NCBI RefSeq assembly: GCF_018350175.1
Contig: NC_058368.1
Span: 171,494,001-171,558,000 of the forward strand
DNA length: 64,000 nucleotides
Source of the DNA: Felis catus
Taxonomy: Eukaryota
Direction: 5' to 3'
Part shown: positions 25,685 through 39,773 of the stretch, piece after piece
Layout: every line of letters begins with the position of its first letter
Position numbering within the stretch: position 1 is the first letter of the stretch
The notes under the pieces: model-generated
The model's input: the letters and a program-made list of their open reading frames with translations, nothing else
Database searches by the model: none
What the model was told of the DNA's origin: nothing
Translations under genes and position numbers: made by a program

Positions 25685-27611
25685 TATATATAAACAAATT
25701 AAGTCCCCTCAAACTTTTCTTAGATTGGTTTTCATTCTATTCCTCACGTTAACATCTATATTCTTTTTCTTTTCAAATAGAGATCCAGTCACGGGATATG
25801 TAATAATTTTTTTTTAACTACCATCACTTAATGAAAGGAGAAAACGTATTTAAGATCCGACCAGAATTGGGTTTTCTCAAGTTTCCTTGGGTACAAATAC
25901 ATTAAAGGAACAAAAGAGGTTCCCACAGGCCTCCTAATTACTTCTGTCCTGTGCAAATGACAAGTATGAACTCATTTTCCATTTGTACGGGGCTGTAACA
26001 CCAGCTGCCTGGTTTTTATCCCACTGTCAGCAGAATAATCCAAATACTAAAAGGAGTGTTAACATAACTAAAAAAGAAACCAGGAATTCTGAATAAATTC
26101 CGTGCGTTTTTGCCACTTAACCGCTGGTATGAATGGCACTGATGTGGCATCACAAAGTCTCTCTCTCCTACTAAGCCTTTTCCAAACAGACTGGGACAAT
26201 TAGCACCTTTCCATTCATTCAAAGGTGAGTAGATGCTTAACTTCAGAAGTCCATTCCAACCCTCTGCTAAAATACTTTCTCCAAGCATCAACTGCTTGCT
26301 TTCAGCAAAAGCACTCAAACACCTTCATAGCTTTTGTCACTTCCTGCCAGAAGCAAAGCTACATGCCGAGTCTCTTTTTAACACAGGCTTTTATCATATT
26401 TTTATTTTAAAAACTGAGCAAATTTAAATAGCCTGTATCTCAAACACCATGCGGGGGCTTCACTGCACCTTGGAGCCCTAGGTAAACTTGGCTCAAACTC
26501 CCAGTTCTATCATTTGTAAGACTTCAGGACGTGTATCATACTGATGAATTCCCAACCTAACTCCCTCAGAGCTCTCTGTTTCTTTTCCCACCTTTGCTGG
26601 GTGTTTCTCTTTGCAAGCTTCAAGAAATAAATCTACTTCAGTCTGGCTTCTCTGAAGTGTACTGAGATTGCTAGCAGGGTCCTGGAGGGGCTCGCGTCAA
26701 CTGTGCGCTACACAGCTTCTTCGCCCCGGGCCCTGCTGACTCTCATTGCCTCCCCCAAGCCTGACCCTTATCGCCACACCCAGCCCATGCTCTAGGGGTT
26801 GCTCTGTTGCTGTCTTGGGAAGCAGCCACAACTGGACAGTCTGCCTTCCCCAGCTTCCCTACAACTGTGGGGGCGAATATCTTCTCAATCCTATTACACG
26901 TCTGTCCCACCTCCAGCGTCACAGAAGTAATCTAAAGTACACTGTATAGGCACATATTTTTAAAAGATTAGTACTTTCATAATAGTGACATGTGATCATT
27001 ACATAAATACTGGAAAGGCCTACAGCAGAGAGTTTTCCAATCATCAGCAATCCACAGAAGCAGAGGAGAAGATCGAAGGAAGTGTCAAGATTACAAGTCT
27101 AAAGTATTGTGGTTTTTTTAACTGCAATCTCAACAAGAGCTGTAACTGACTTTAGGCACCAGGGGGAAAAACAAAATCAACAGAGGGTGGATAGCCAATG
27201 ACTGAAATAACCTGATTACTGATCAAGCAAAGGCAGGCAAGGGGTGGAAATGAAAACAGATACCAAAGAGATAACCCAAAATTTTAACTGTTTTGAAAAC
27301 TGTTATCATTCTAAGTGGTGAGACTGATTGACTACAGTTTTAAAAGCTGAACGATGTCTGTACAAGTGAGAGAGCGGGCACAATGTCTGTTTCAGTGCCT
27401 GTCCCCGTGTTTGCCACTGCTCTCTCTCCCAGGCATCCCGAGTTCAGTTAAGAATTCACAGTGAGCCCTGCAACAAAACAAACTAACAATCTTCTTATTT
27501 GGAAAAGGAAGTTGGGCACAAATACTTGCTGTTTCCCTGTTTTATATAAATGAGCAAAGCACTTTCTTTCAAGAAAGGGTCTTTTCAGGGCTCTAGATTA
27601 GAAAATATTAA

Positions 27612-27839
27612 GGGGGCGCCTGGGTGGCGCAGTCGGTTAAGCGTCCGACTTCAGCCAGGTCACGATCTCGCGGTCCGTGAGTTCGAGCCCCGCGTCAGGC
27701 TCTGGGCTGATGGCTCAGAACCTGGAGCCTGTTTCCGATTCTGTGTCTCCCTCTCTCTCTGCCCCTCCCCCGTTCATGCTCTGTCTCTCTCTGTCCCAAA
27801 AATAAATAAACGTTGAAAAAAAAAATTTAAAAAAAAAAA
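27612..27839 (+). mobile_element. Young SINEC_Fc-like Can-SINE
   Basis: CpG-rich intact body; TSD agaaaatatta 27600-27610 / 27840-27850. Confidence 0.95.
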
Positions 27840-28005
27840 AGAAAATATTACGTGGCACATACACACACACCCCTAACACACACACCCCAGTTACTTTTTA
27901 AAAATTCCTTTTGAAATGCACGTAATATTGTTTGAATTAAAAATCACGGTGCATTTCAGGAGGGCACTTGGAGAATCAAATTAATTTCCATTCCTGCATA
28001 TATAT

Positions 28006-28229
28006 TTTTTTTTTTAATTTTTTTTTCAACGTTTATTTATTTTTGGGACAGAGAGAGACAAAGCATGAACGGGGGAGGGGCAGAGAGAGAGGGAGACACA
28101 GAATCGGAAACAGGCTCCAGGCTCTGAGCCATCAGCACAGAGCCCGACGCGGGGCTCGAACTCCCAGAATGTGAGATCGTGACCTGGCTGAAGTCGGACG
28201 CTTAACCGACTGCGCCACCCAGGCGCCCC
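28006..28229 (-). mobile_element. Young SINEC_Fc-like Can-SINE
   Basis: TSD tcctgcatatatat 27992-28005 / 28230-28243. Confidence 0.95.
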
Positions 28230-29429
28230 TCCTGCATATATATTTTACAATAAAAGAACAAAACAAAAATATTCCAGTATTCTTTTGTCAGCTGTGTGGG
28301 TAATATTCCAAAACACAGAATAAATGTGAAAAAGCTTTTTACCTCTTTTTACGGATGAATAAATTAATTGTTTGATGAATAACTGTACGTAACTCTTTCT
28401 AGCTCACAGAAACATAAATTACAGCGTTGGAAAGGATGTGTCAGATTGTGTTGCTTCTCCTCTTTTTCCTTTTCCTCCCCAAAATTCAGAAAGAGAAAAC
28501 ATGGGCCAAAACATTAGAGAATATTTAAGTCATGTTTCAGTAAACACTGAAGATGATTATGTTGAGCTTATTCTGCTTCCTACTTGAGAAAATACACGGA
28601 TGCAAACCCAGGAATCCAGATGCTTGGCTTTTGCTGTTGTTTTACTCTATCTTTTCCTCACTTGCTCTTTAGAGAAACCATAGCATTCAGTAAAATGTTC
28701 ACATTTCCCTCTTATACTTGCAGAGTTATTTTTTTAACGATAACCTTTATCCCCAGTTTACAAATGTTAAAGATTTTTAAGTAATAAGTGTTATTAAAGC
28801 TTGTTACAATGAAGGCATATCTAGTAAGTTCTACTGATACTCAATTTAAAAACGTTTTAGAGCAGAATTTTACAATTTTTTCCAAATAAGTGGTCCATGT
28901 GTTTTAATTATAGAGAAAGTCAACACACATACTAGCAAGTGAAGCAAAGGAAAATGCACAGCCCTGGAAGACCTGTCCTCCCCTTCCTGCCTTGGCACGA
29001 GCTACTCATGAGCTGAGACTGGTCAAGGACAAGGTGCTCCCCGAGCCCTTCCTTTGCAAAGCTCCAGTAGCCCTAGATGACATGATGCCAAGACAACTCC
29101 GATTCAGAGACATAAACCTGGAGCCTATTATAAGTCCAACTTCAGACTAGGTGCCTTCAACCTCACCACAACCCTGGAAGGCAGATTTTGTCATTCTCAC
29201 TTTATAGCTAAGGAAATGTAGGTTACATGTTACTCAGTGAATTGTCCAAAGTTGGACATGTGGGAGGCCTGGACCCAAACCATGTTTTCTGACCGCAGGT
29301 CTAGCAGTCCATCTCTGAATCTGAGAAATGCCAAACCAAGCTGTTGGCATCAAGATCCAAATACTACTAACAGAGCCACACTTAGGAACACATGGGGGAG
29401 AACGTTCCATCTGTAGTTACAGGTGTGCT

Positions 29430-31975
29430 CATACCCTGTAGATGGAAATGCAAAATGGCACAAAAACTCTAGATGGAGGAGGGGATGTGGAAATATCTAA
29501 CAAAACTACACACGCACTTGCAATTTGACCATGCAATCCCAATCCTGGGAATTTACCCCAAAATAAAAATACATATGCACAAAGTTATTAATTGAAGGGA
29601 AATTTATAATTGCAAACTACTGAAAACTACCTAAATTGTCACAGCATAAGAGATCGGTTGAGTAAACCATGGTACACACTCAATGGAGTCCTATATAGCT
29701 GCACAAAAGAACAAGAAAGCTCTCAATGGACTGGTATAAAGAGAATTCTAGGAGGTATTACTAGGTGAAATAAGGAAGAAGTAAAAAAAATTTTTTAAGT
29801 TTATTTATTTTGAGAGAGAGAGAGAGAGAAAAAAAACACACAAACTGGGGAAGGGCAAAGAGAGGGAGAGAGACAATCTCAAGCAGGCTCTGTGCCTTAA
29901 GCGCAGAGCCCAACATGGGGCTCAAACTCACAAACTGTGAGATCATGAACTGAGCCAAGCTCAAGAGTTTGGACACTCAACCAATTGAGCCACCCAGGCT
30001 CCCCAAGAAGGAAAATGTTCTAAATGTGCTTATCTTTACAAACAGAAACACAGGAAGGATAAACCATAAAACAATAAAGTTGGTTACCTATAAGGGAGGG
30101 TGAGGAAATAGGACCAAAAGAATATGGTATTAGTGGTACTTCTCTGTGCCTTTTTCTGTACAGTTTTGACCTGTGGAAGCATGTGAATCTTCTACGTCTT
30201 CAAAAATAAAATAAAATAAGTAAGAATACAAAGGGGACTAAAACTGAAAGCAAATGGAGACAAGTAAACCTAACTAGATCTCAAATGAAGACCAAAGCCT
30301 CAGTACTAGGGAAAGCCAGAAGGAAGGGCCAACCCTAGTAAATTCAGAACACAGTCACTGACTAAATGCCCTCAGTCTTGGCAGGATGGTATGTGAGTGA
30401 AAGCACTGCAAACAACTGTTAATCTTAGTGGTTTGGACAAAGCAATTCTGCAACGACTTGAGATATATTTTAGAACTGAGCCAACAAGTAAATGTATTTC
30501 TGTTGTTGGGAGCCAAGGTTCTCAGCACATACAAATATGGAATGAGGAAAGGCCAGAAAGAACCCTGTGGGAATGGATGGAAATTGGAGATATGATATCA
30601 ACACATGATTTCTACTGTGCATATGAGCACGTTTATATGCACACATATGTATACATGTATTTATATTTGTATGTATGTATATATGTGTGTATTCCTTAGC
30701 TTATCCACTGAAAAGGCCAAAACGCAGTCACCCCAATGACAATGACCACACCTAACAACCCTTCCTGTCTAAACAGAACCAAAGTTCCTCGGAAAAATGG
30801 CTGATAACAGGGCAGATGTAGGTACAGAATGCACCTGAAACACCACATTGTACCAAAAAGGAAGAAAATGGCCAAAAAATGATAGGGTCAGGTCCAAAGG
30901 GCACAAGAGCCAGATTAAAGGAGCCCTCACTGACTAAATCTAAGACAACTTGAGCACCAAAAAATTAGGCACCGTAATATACCATAAACCACTGGGGAAA
31001 AAAAGGGAATTAATAAGCCCATGCTGATAAGATAGATAAATAAAAGGGATAAAAGGTGTGGCTCTTGCTTACAGTGCAATGCCAAGGGATGACTGTGGAG
31101 AGTGTGGAAGAGGTAGAAAATCAGCATTTTACAAGCATCACAGTAAAAGATCAGATCAGGCAAGAATCCTCAATGAACACTATATCTACAGGGAAAGCTT
31201 GAAGAGGAGCAGGGTATTTGCACTGTATTAAATACCCCCGCAGATTACTTATTAGTTGCAAAGGAGGAAGAATAAAAACAATAACTGTACAGTGGGAAAT
31301 CAAATCAACATCCTGACTAGGTGATCAAACTTAGTATAACCACCAAGTGACAGATGGCCATCGTGTGCCTCCAGATGTGCCCTATCATGTGCCCTAACGA
31401 GGGCACAGCCACCTATATGGCTTTCCAGCAGAGAACAAAGATCTACAGTCCAATCACAAGAAAACAACAGACAAATATGAAATGAGAAGCTTTCTATGGT
31501 TAAAAAGCAGGTGGAATTGTATTCTTTCAAAATGTAAATGTCAAAAAAAAAAAAAACCAAAAATGCTCAAAAGTGTTCCAGATTAACGAAGACTAATTAA
31601 TTGGATTCTGTACTGGATAGGGAAAATGCTTTAAGGGACCTTATTAGCCTAACCACCAATAAAACTGGAATGTAGAGAGTAGATGACATAAACGTGTTAA
31701 GTTGATAACTGTGGTTCCATCAGAGAGCATCCCAGTTCTTAGGAAATACACACTGAAGTATTTAGAGACATGTAACACATGAAGCCCTCAAATCTTTCAG
31801 CAAAGAATTGTGTATGTGTGTGTGTAGAGAGAGAGAGAGAGAAAAATGAAAAAGGAAACGGAGTAAAATGTTAACTGTGATTGTAAGTAATAAAAGGTGA
31901 CCGTGTTCTTTGCAATATTTTCATTTTTGCCACTTTTTGTAAATTTGAAATTACTTTCATATAAAAAACATTTTT
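29430..31975 (+). mobile_element. Old L1 (L1MC/MD-like) ORF2 end and long 3'UTR, interrupted by a Can-SINE
   Basis: gatggaaatgcaaaatgg...gcaatcccaatcctgggaatttaccc... and terminal ttttgtaaatttgaaattactttc; subfamily and limits approximate. Confidence 0.7.
29790..30004 (-). mobile_element. Can-SINE inside old L1
   Basis: Antisense body; flanks aagaagtaaaa / aagaaggaaaa. Confidence 0.88.
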
Positions 31976-32879
31976 AGATCTATAGTTCTACTTAAAATGT
32001 GAAAGAATCCCTAGCTTATGTAAGTGAGACCTCTTGGGCTTGCTGACAAAGTGACTGCTCCTGGCCACCAGCACTTCCCGTGTACTTTTCTCAAAGAGTT
32101 CGGCCAAGTGGGTCTAATTACTGGTGGCCAGACTTGCCAGGAACCTTTTGGGTCGACATCCTGTCACGCTGGGTAAGTTTAGCTGAGGTTAGCTTAATGA
32201 TGTATTATACGTAAAAGTAATCACAGCCTCGTTTCATTTATTCAACAAATGTACATGCCAACCTCTGGGCCTACTGTTGGGGGCTGCACGCTCTGTTGAT
32301 AAAACCAAGGTATTTGGGAATGATCCAAACTCCTCTCCATTTTTCACAAAAGTATTCCATCTGCTACCCATAAGAAGCAGTCTTACCTCCTCAGTGCCTC
32401 TCAAATCCACCCTCTTCCCTCCATCCTTGTGGTGATGGCTGTCCCATCACCTCTCCTGATCATTGGGCAGTCTCCTCGAGTGCCTGCCTCTGTTCTTACC
32501 TCTCCATGCCCCACGCTGCAGCCACTTTCCTCACAGTGAGTAAAGCCCAGGGCTTGAGGCATAACTTAGTTTTCCCACCTATGCTCAAGTCCCCCAGCCA
32601 CCAGACAGGTAAGAGAAACCATCTTCCACACGAGGTGAGACTCACCTGTGCACTGGGACTGTCTCACTTCCCCTAGGTCTTCTAGCTCCACTGCTAGGGT
32701 AGATGAGCAGACATGGAAAACCAGCTCTCACTCCCTTCCAACATCCACAGCTTCTCTACCTTCATCTGCCTTGAATCCACTGAACCCCATCTTATTATGG
32801 TCTCTCTATCTCAGTCACCCCCAAGTGATGCTCAGCACATCCCCTAGTCAGTCCCCTTCCCCCACCATCACTCAACTCC

Positions 32880-35345
32880 TGAAACCCTTCCTTCGTGCCC
32901 TCTGGAATTCATGGCCTAACATCAGTAAAATGCCTTTGCCCCTCAGTCTGCTCTCTTACACTGCCTCAACCCTTCTGTGCCAGGAAAAACCCAGCTCTCC
33001 CCTGAGGACATGGTCTTAGCAGTCCACCTGAATGATAGGTAGCTCTGCCTTTTGCCCCCCCACCCGCCATGTTCTCATATCACCAAGCCTAAAAGTGAAG
33101 ACTCCTCCTTGCTCCACAAGGCCACTTTGAGACCATTTTCTTTCTCTTCCTCCTACAACTCCCATCTTTAAATCTCCTGCCTCACCCACACTTTGATGCT
33201 ACTGCAGTCATAGTCACATTCTCCAATACTCCTCTTGTGTTAACTATTGGAAATTTCCATATGTAAACAGAAACAATCCCTCCAACACCCAGACATCTCA
33301 GTTCCCTGAACTTCTCAATGATACTGTCTTCCTCCCTGTCCCAACCACTTGCTCTCATGCATGTAACTCCACACCAGGGTTTCTCAGCTTCCGCATTATT
33401 GACATGTATGGGAGTACATTCAACCTCTCCCCTCTAGATGCCAGGCACATCTCTGCCCTGTCCAGCACTGTGACAACCAAAACTGTCTCTAGATGTTGCC
33501 AAGAGGTGAGAATCAATGCCCGACAACTTCACATTTACAATAACAGAGGCTCCTCTGTGATCTCAATGCCTCACACCCAACTTTCTGACCATCACCCTCT
33601 CTCTCCAGCTTACTCTTTCCAGTTCTACACCCCCGAAAAACTCCACCAGGACCTCCATCCACAGACCCACCACTCTTTCATGGTCTTTGCTCTCTTCCTT
33701 TCTCAGTTTCAATTCCATGATAAATCACTGTATTTTCTCCCCTGCCTCACAGGATTCCTAGCCCTTCTCTTTGTATTATTCTCTTGAGAAAGCCAAGTCT
33801 CACTTCGTGTCTGCACCAGCACTGTCTAATGTGGTTGGACAAAAGCACACTGTGAGTGGGCTCATTTTATTATTTTTTTCCTGATTTTTGAATATCTATT
33901 TATTTATTTTTAATAATGTAATGTATTGTCAAATTGGTTTCTATACAACACCCAGTGCTCATCCTAACAAGTGTGGTAGGCTCATTTTAAATTCAGGACC
34001 CTCTGTACCACCATGCTATCATAGGTTATCATCAAACTACATGTCTCTTGTCTATTTTCTCTTCAAAATCACTATTTCATACCTCTGCTTCCTTCAGACC
34101 CCCACCACTTCCTCCCCAACTTCAGTCTTAGCTGATGACCTCGATACCTAGTTCCCTCAAAAAGCAGAACGATCCTAAGAGAACTAACCAGCTACCCTAA
34201 TCTACATTCCCATGCTCTATCTTCCTGCCTGCTAACCATAGATGAACTGTCCTGGCTGCCATCTAAAACCAAGCCCTCTATTTATACACTAGCTGTCATC
34301 CACTATTGTCTACTTAAGGAGTATCATTCCAGCATTTCTCTCTCTCCCTGCAACATTGTCAAGTGTTCATTGCATATTGGTTCATCCTCATCAGAGTGTA
34401 AATGTGCTATTATTTCTCCCAACTTAAAAAACAAAACCAACCCTCTTGACCAGCTTCCCCTGATAGCCATCTTCCTATTTGTTCCTCTTTGTGCCAAAAC
34501 TCCTCAAAAGAATTGTCTATACTCACCCTCTCCAATTCTACTCCTATTACCTCTTTTGTTTTTCCTTAATTAGCATGCATCAGTGGTGGTCATTCCCCTA
34601 ATAATGGACTCCTCTTAGGGTTTTTCTTTCATATAAGTGCTACAGTAAAGATACACGTCCCTTGTGATTCTCTAGCGTGCACAGACCTAACAGTGGAACT
34701 GCTGAGTTAAAGCTCACTCTTCAATCCACTGAAAATTGTCTTATCAATGACCTCCTACCATCCTAAATTCAGCAGTCAATTCTTAGTCCTCATCTTATTT
34801 GACATATCAGCATCATCTGACATGTAATACATGATTTTTAGCTGGCAAAACTAAATACAATTAGTGTTCTTCCTATCTCCTTCGTTATTCCTTCTCAGCT
34901 TCCTTTTCTGGTTCCTCCTCTTCTTCTCTATGCTCATTCTCCTAGTGACCTCGTATAGTCTCCTGGCTCTGAATACCAGGATATGTCAATGATTCTTAAA
35001 TTTTAATATTCTCCCCAAACTTTGGTCCCAAACTCCAGACTTATAGAACCCACTTATTAAACGTCTCCACTTAGATGTCTAACAGATATCTCAGATACAA
35101 TATATTAAAAAAGGAAGTCTTAACCTTCCTCCCCAAACCTGCTCTATGCAAAGCCCTCCTTACTTCAGTGGATGGCAGCTCCATTCTTCCTGCCTCTCAG
35201 GCCAAACACCTGTAAGTCACCAGGACTCCTCTCTCTTATACCTCCTCACATTTACACAACCATGTAGCTGAATCCAGAATCCAACAGCTTCTCAGCACCT
35301 TGAATGTTGCTACCCTGGTCTGAGCCACTACCCTCTCTCATTTAG
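32880..35345. mobile_element. Long degenerate L2 with nested MER20-like (~33375-33505) and L1 pieces
   Basis: C/T-rich L2 motifs (ctccacttagatgtctaacag..., cagtggatggcagctccattcttcc...ctcaggccaaacacc); MER20-like tgtgacaaccaaaactgtctctagatgttgcca. Confidence 0.65.
33870..33975 (-). mobile_element. Very short carnivore/felid L1 3' end inserted in an L2
   Basis: T-rich tail then gtcaaattggtttctatacaacacccagtgctcatcctaacaagtg; TSD core ggctcatttta 33859-33869 / 33979-33989. Confidence 0.75.
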
Positions 35346-35350
35346 ATTAT

Positions 35351-35413
35351 ATATAATATAATATAATATAATATAATATAATATAATATAATATAATATA
35401 ATATAATATAATA
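35351..35413. repeat. (ATATA)n pentanucleotide microsatellite, ~12-13 units
   Basis: Directly visible. Confidence 0.95.
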
Positions 35414-35414
35414 T

Positions 35415-35518
35415 TTTGTTCAGATTTTAAGTAATCTCTATACCCAATGTGGGGCTCAAACTCACAACCTCGAGATCAAGAGTCACATGATCTACCAAAT
35501 GAGCCAGCCAGGCGCTCC
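35415..35518 (-). mobile_element. Short old Can-SINE whose tail adjoins an (ATATA)n array
   Basis: aagtaatctctatacccaatgtggggctcaaactcacaacc...gagccagccaggcgc. Confidence 0.82.
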
Positions 35519-37189
35519 TTGTCTAGATTTTGAAAATAAACACTAGGTGGTCAATGGGTGAACAAGCAACAATCTTTGCTCTCAAGGAATTCAGTAAACA
35601 GCAACCATTTGATAATAGACTTAAAAAAATTTAAACTTCTCATAATAAACACATGTTCTTCAAACCAAGAGCTAACACATAAGTGGTGGAACAGTGGTAT
35701 TTTCACTGAAATCAGAAACCAATCAAAGGTGCTTTATATTACTAGATCACTTAACACTCTTCTGTAAGTTATGACCAACACTATAAAATATGAAACATAA
35801 ATAACAGAAAGGAGCAAATAAATTATTTTTATTTGCAAGCAACAAAATTATATACCTACAAAAATTTATGAGAATAAAATTAAGAACTCTTGGCTAACAC
35901 ACAAGAGTTCAGCAAAACAGCCAGATTTGAGATAAAAATAAAATTCCACAGCTTTCACCTCTACCAGCAGAACACATTTATAAGATACAATAGGACGAAA
36001 ACATTGATCTGCGACATTAAGAAAAAAAAGGTCAAACACATAAAACAGTAAAACACATTATCAAACACTGTGTAGGCATATATGAAAAAATGAAATAAAA
36101 GGAAAAATGCTTATGATATGAAATTAAGTATAAAACCCACGTATAGAACCACGTAGGGGATGACACATATATATGTGTATATATATGTATATTACACATT
36201 CATGCTAACAGAGCAAAATCTGAAAGGGCTTGTTCTGAAATAATAATCATTACCTCTGAATTTTAAGAGGTAATTTTCATTTTCTTCCTTACAGTATATT
36301 TCCCAGGTTTTCTACAATCATCATGGAAGACCTTTATACTTAAAGTTTTTATTTTTCTGAGAGGTATTATTTAAGCCATAGTACCTATTTGGAAGCTTAA
36401 CTAATCCACAGAAGTATTTATAATTACCTGCTGAATCTGTCAGAGGACTAAATTTTTACAAAACCAGACTTTAGTTTTAGTTTTACAAAACCAGTGTTTG
36501 TTCCTCTCTCAAATCTGAATCAGTGAACTCACTAAGGTTATATCTGAGAAAGATGAGACTGTTATTTGTGGATGCAAAGAAATATATGAATAAATACTAT
36601 GTGTTAGCACATTATATTTATTAAGATATGATAAGGTGTTTTGGTAGACACTGCTAATATTAAAAAGTGGAGTTGGACAGTGTTAGTGGCATAGTGTGAC
36701 AACAGGAAAAATCTTTTACCTGTAGGACATTGCTGATCTTTTGGGAGCTGAATGTCTGAATTTGGCCCTCAGAGCACTGAACATACTGAGTTAAGTCTCT
36801 CTGACTGGACCAGTGGAGCAGAAAACCAGAATAAGCATTTCAACCATTTTGCGAGCTGGTTGTGATTACTGTTCCAGGTGACGGGTTTCATGGGGTTTTT
36901 ATATATAATCTATGATTACAGTTAGGTCTCCATAATAATCAGCTTAATTCCACCATTATGTAAATCATTCCTCACAGATACCCAGGTGGAGAGGGAAAAA
37001 AGACTGCAAAGCAAGAACGCTCAGGAAAAGGAGTGCTTTGGTTAAATTAATGTCCTATTAAAAAAAAAACAAATCCCTGTGATTCAAGCCTGAGTTACGT
37101 GACCTGCTTCACCGTAAGAGATTGGTGACATTAGGCTAATGAACCAGGAGCACGCAGTGCCTCAGGCGACACCCAAACACCCACTCCTC

Positions 37190-37376
37190 TTCTTTCCTTT
37201 CTTTTTTTTTTTTTTAATGTTTATTTATTTTTTCAGACAGAGAGAGAGACAGAGGATCTGAAGTGGGCTCCGCACTGACAGCAACGAGCCCGATGTGGGG
37301 CTCGAACTCACGAACTGCAAGATCATGACCTGAGCCAAAGTTGGACACTCAACCCACTGAGCCACCCAGGTGCCCC
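37190..37376 (-). mobile_element. Can-SINE with internal deletion
   Basis: TSD acacccactc on both sides. Confidence 0.88.
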
Positions 37377-39107
37377 ACACCCACTCTTTTTCAAAGCTGC
37401 AGAATGGACTGAGGCAAAGAGGGGTTGGGAGGAAACAAGGTCACACCATGACACTGCCATTAAAAAAATAACATGAAAACTATCAATTTTGTTGTTTTGT
37501 TTTCACCTAATAATGAAAAAATCTAAGAAGTTAGAAGTTCAAGTTAGCTGACACTCTGACAAATGTTTATCCTGAGGCAGAAGACATTTTAAGGCACTCT
37601 AATAATAACATAAAAGTAGTTGACCAAAGGACCTCACTCACGAAAATAACAGGTATGAGGGGGAAAAATGACTCTAAATAATAGTAATGCTTCCACAGAA
37701 AAGTCTTATTATTTTATTATAATATTCTTATTAAAAACGTGAAACATTATTTTCAACGTATTGAATAGACTTTATTCCTTGCATTAATTCTTGTGAAACC
37801 AGTGGCAGGAAAGGGAAAAAAATCACATAGCCCTACTATCCAATTAGCTGTTCTACTTTTGGGATGACTTTAATTCAATCTCACAGCACATCTTTTACCA
37901 CTGATGTGTCTAATCAGGAACTGAAGAAAACTAGGCTGCTAAGGACTATGATGAGGTGTTGGGACTATCATTTTTTTTTTTTTTTATCTAATCTGGAATT
38001 TCCCTCCTTACAAGTTAAAACTCATTTCAAAATCTAATTTTAATTTTATCAATAAATGGCAGCATGTCACACAGTTCAGGGAAGGATCGCTGTATTTTTC
38101 TAGAAAAATCAGGCTTTCTGATTTGACAGTATGTAATCTCAGTCCATCCGTTCACAGATTGTTCAACAAATCCTGAGCAGGCACCTGCTATGTGTGAGGC
38201 CTTGCCTGGTACCATGCTGCACCTGAGCCAGCGGCCACTCCTTTCCCGTGTCTCAACGTGTAGATGCAGAAGCACAGGTTTTCTTTGCCTCATTTTTACA
38301 ACAGAATCTCCTCAGAAAGTCCATTCAATGCATCCACTCAGGGTTTGGGTCTACATAAAATTACTACCAAAGAGACAGAAGGATGGTTCTCGTACATCGT
38401 ATTTCCACTAACTTATCCCATAAATACAAATTAGAGTAATCGCACTTCAAGGGAGCACTCTTTTCACAGGTAGATTAAAAGGAAGCTTTCACATTCTTGC
38501 CTTTTTTGGCCCCGCTGCTTAAAAGCTACCTCCAGACTCTGATAAATACTGTGCCCGTGACCCAAACAATCCTGGAGGACACTGCCAGCTTGCAGGGCAA
38601 AGATATTTTTGCACCCTTGCCTTACATTCTCCTTTGAAAGCATCAGAATTTCCCATCTAGCTTATCCACCATGCCAGAGAAAATAGAAGTGTTACTCCCT
38701 ACAGGTTGTTTAATTTACCCTGGGACAAAATTAGGACACTCTTTATCCTATATGCAGGTTGCACGCTTCTGATGAGATGAATCCTACCTTCATAGACAGT
38801 ACTTCAAAGCAAACTACTCTAATAATGATAATCACCTCCTCTTCTCTCTTGTGCCCTAGAAAGGGTTTTCTTCTCTTTTTGCTGAAACTAAAATGACACT
38901 CCTCTATAATCAACTCGTTCATTTCTACTCACTTCCCTTTCCCTTCCTTGAGAAGAAGTTGTGCACATGAGTCCATTAACCTGGTTCCATGTGGCTGCAG
39001 CTGAAGAAACATGGCAGTTTTATTTCACAATGATTTTTAAGTTCTCAACGAGCAGACAAGACTTCTCTCCTCAGTTAAGGGAAGCTGAGCAGTCAACAAA
39101 AACTTAC

Positions 39108-39171
39108 ATCTTTTCCCAGTACTCTGAGCTCAAACTGTGTCTCCTTGAAGTGAACCTTTGTAATCCGTGGC
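39108..39171 (-). CDS. EPB41L4A: EPB41L4A coding exon (~exon 9): (W)[21 protein letters not shown]
   Basis: gtttttcag|GCCACGG...AAAGAT|gtaagt; 64 nt; TG|G completes Trp. Confidence 0.95.
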
Positions 39172-39773
39172 CTGAAAAACAAAGCAGATGGCAGCGGTGG
39201 TGTAGTTTTTAAGAATTAATCTTTCAGAAATTCAGAGAAGTATCCAGTGGGAAAAGACTGGCTCGTTTCAGTTTCTGTATATACTGCTCCAGTAATTGTA
39301 GAGAGTTCCCTGTATGTCATTTGCTCTGGACACTTTCCTAAATAAAATTCCATTTTCATTCTCCTGTACTTCTCCAGTAGATACAGACAAGCTTGGAATC
39401 CCCAAAGTCTCAGCAGTCTGCCTTCCCAGACACAGTGTAGGGCTACAGGCTCCCAGGCCCTCCAAATGCCTCCCGCATTTAGAGTTAAAACTCAAAGTAG
39501 TCCTGGGCCCACAGCCCACCAGCATACACTGGAATGGATAGGAAATCCTACTACACATAATTTGCATGGACAAGAGAGGCCAGAATCACAGTACCTAAAA
39601 TTTACAGAGAAAATACATACCAAGATGCACTGGGAGAAAATGTATACCCAGTTTTACTCATTTATTTATCAACCACTGGAAACGTACCTGTTTTCACTGA
39701 CAAGTAAGCCCCATAAGCCTAGTATATACAGCGTATAATTTTAATACTAACTCTGCCCTCAAGTTATACTTAC

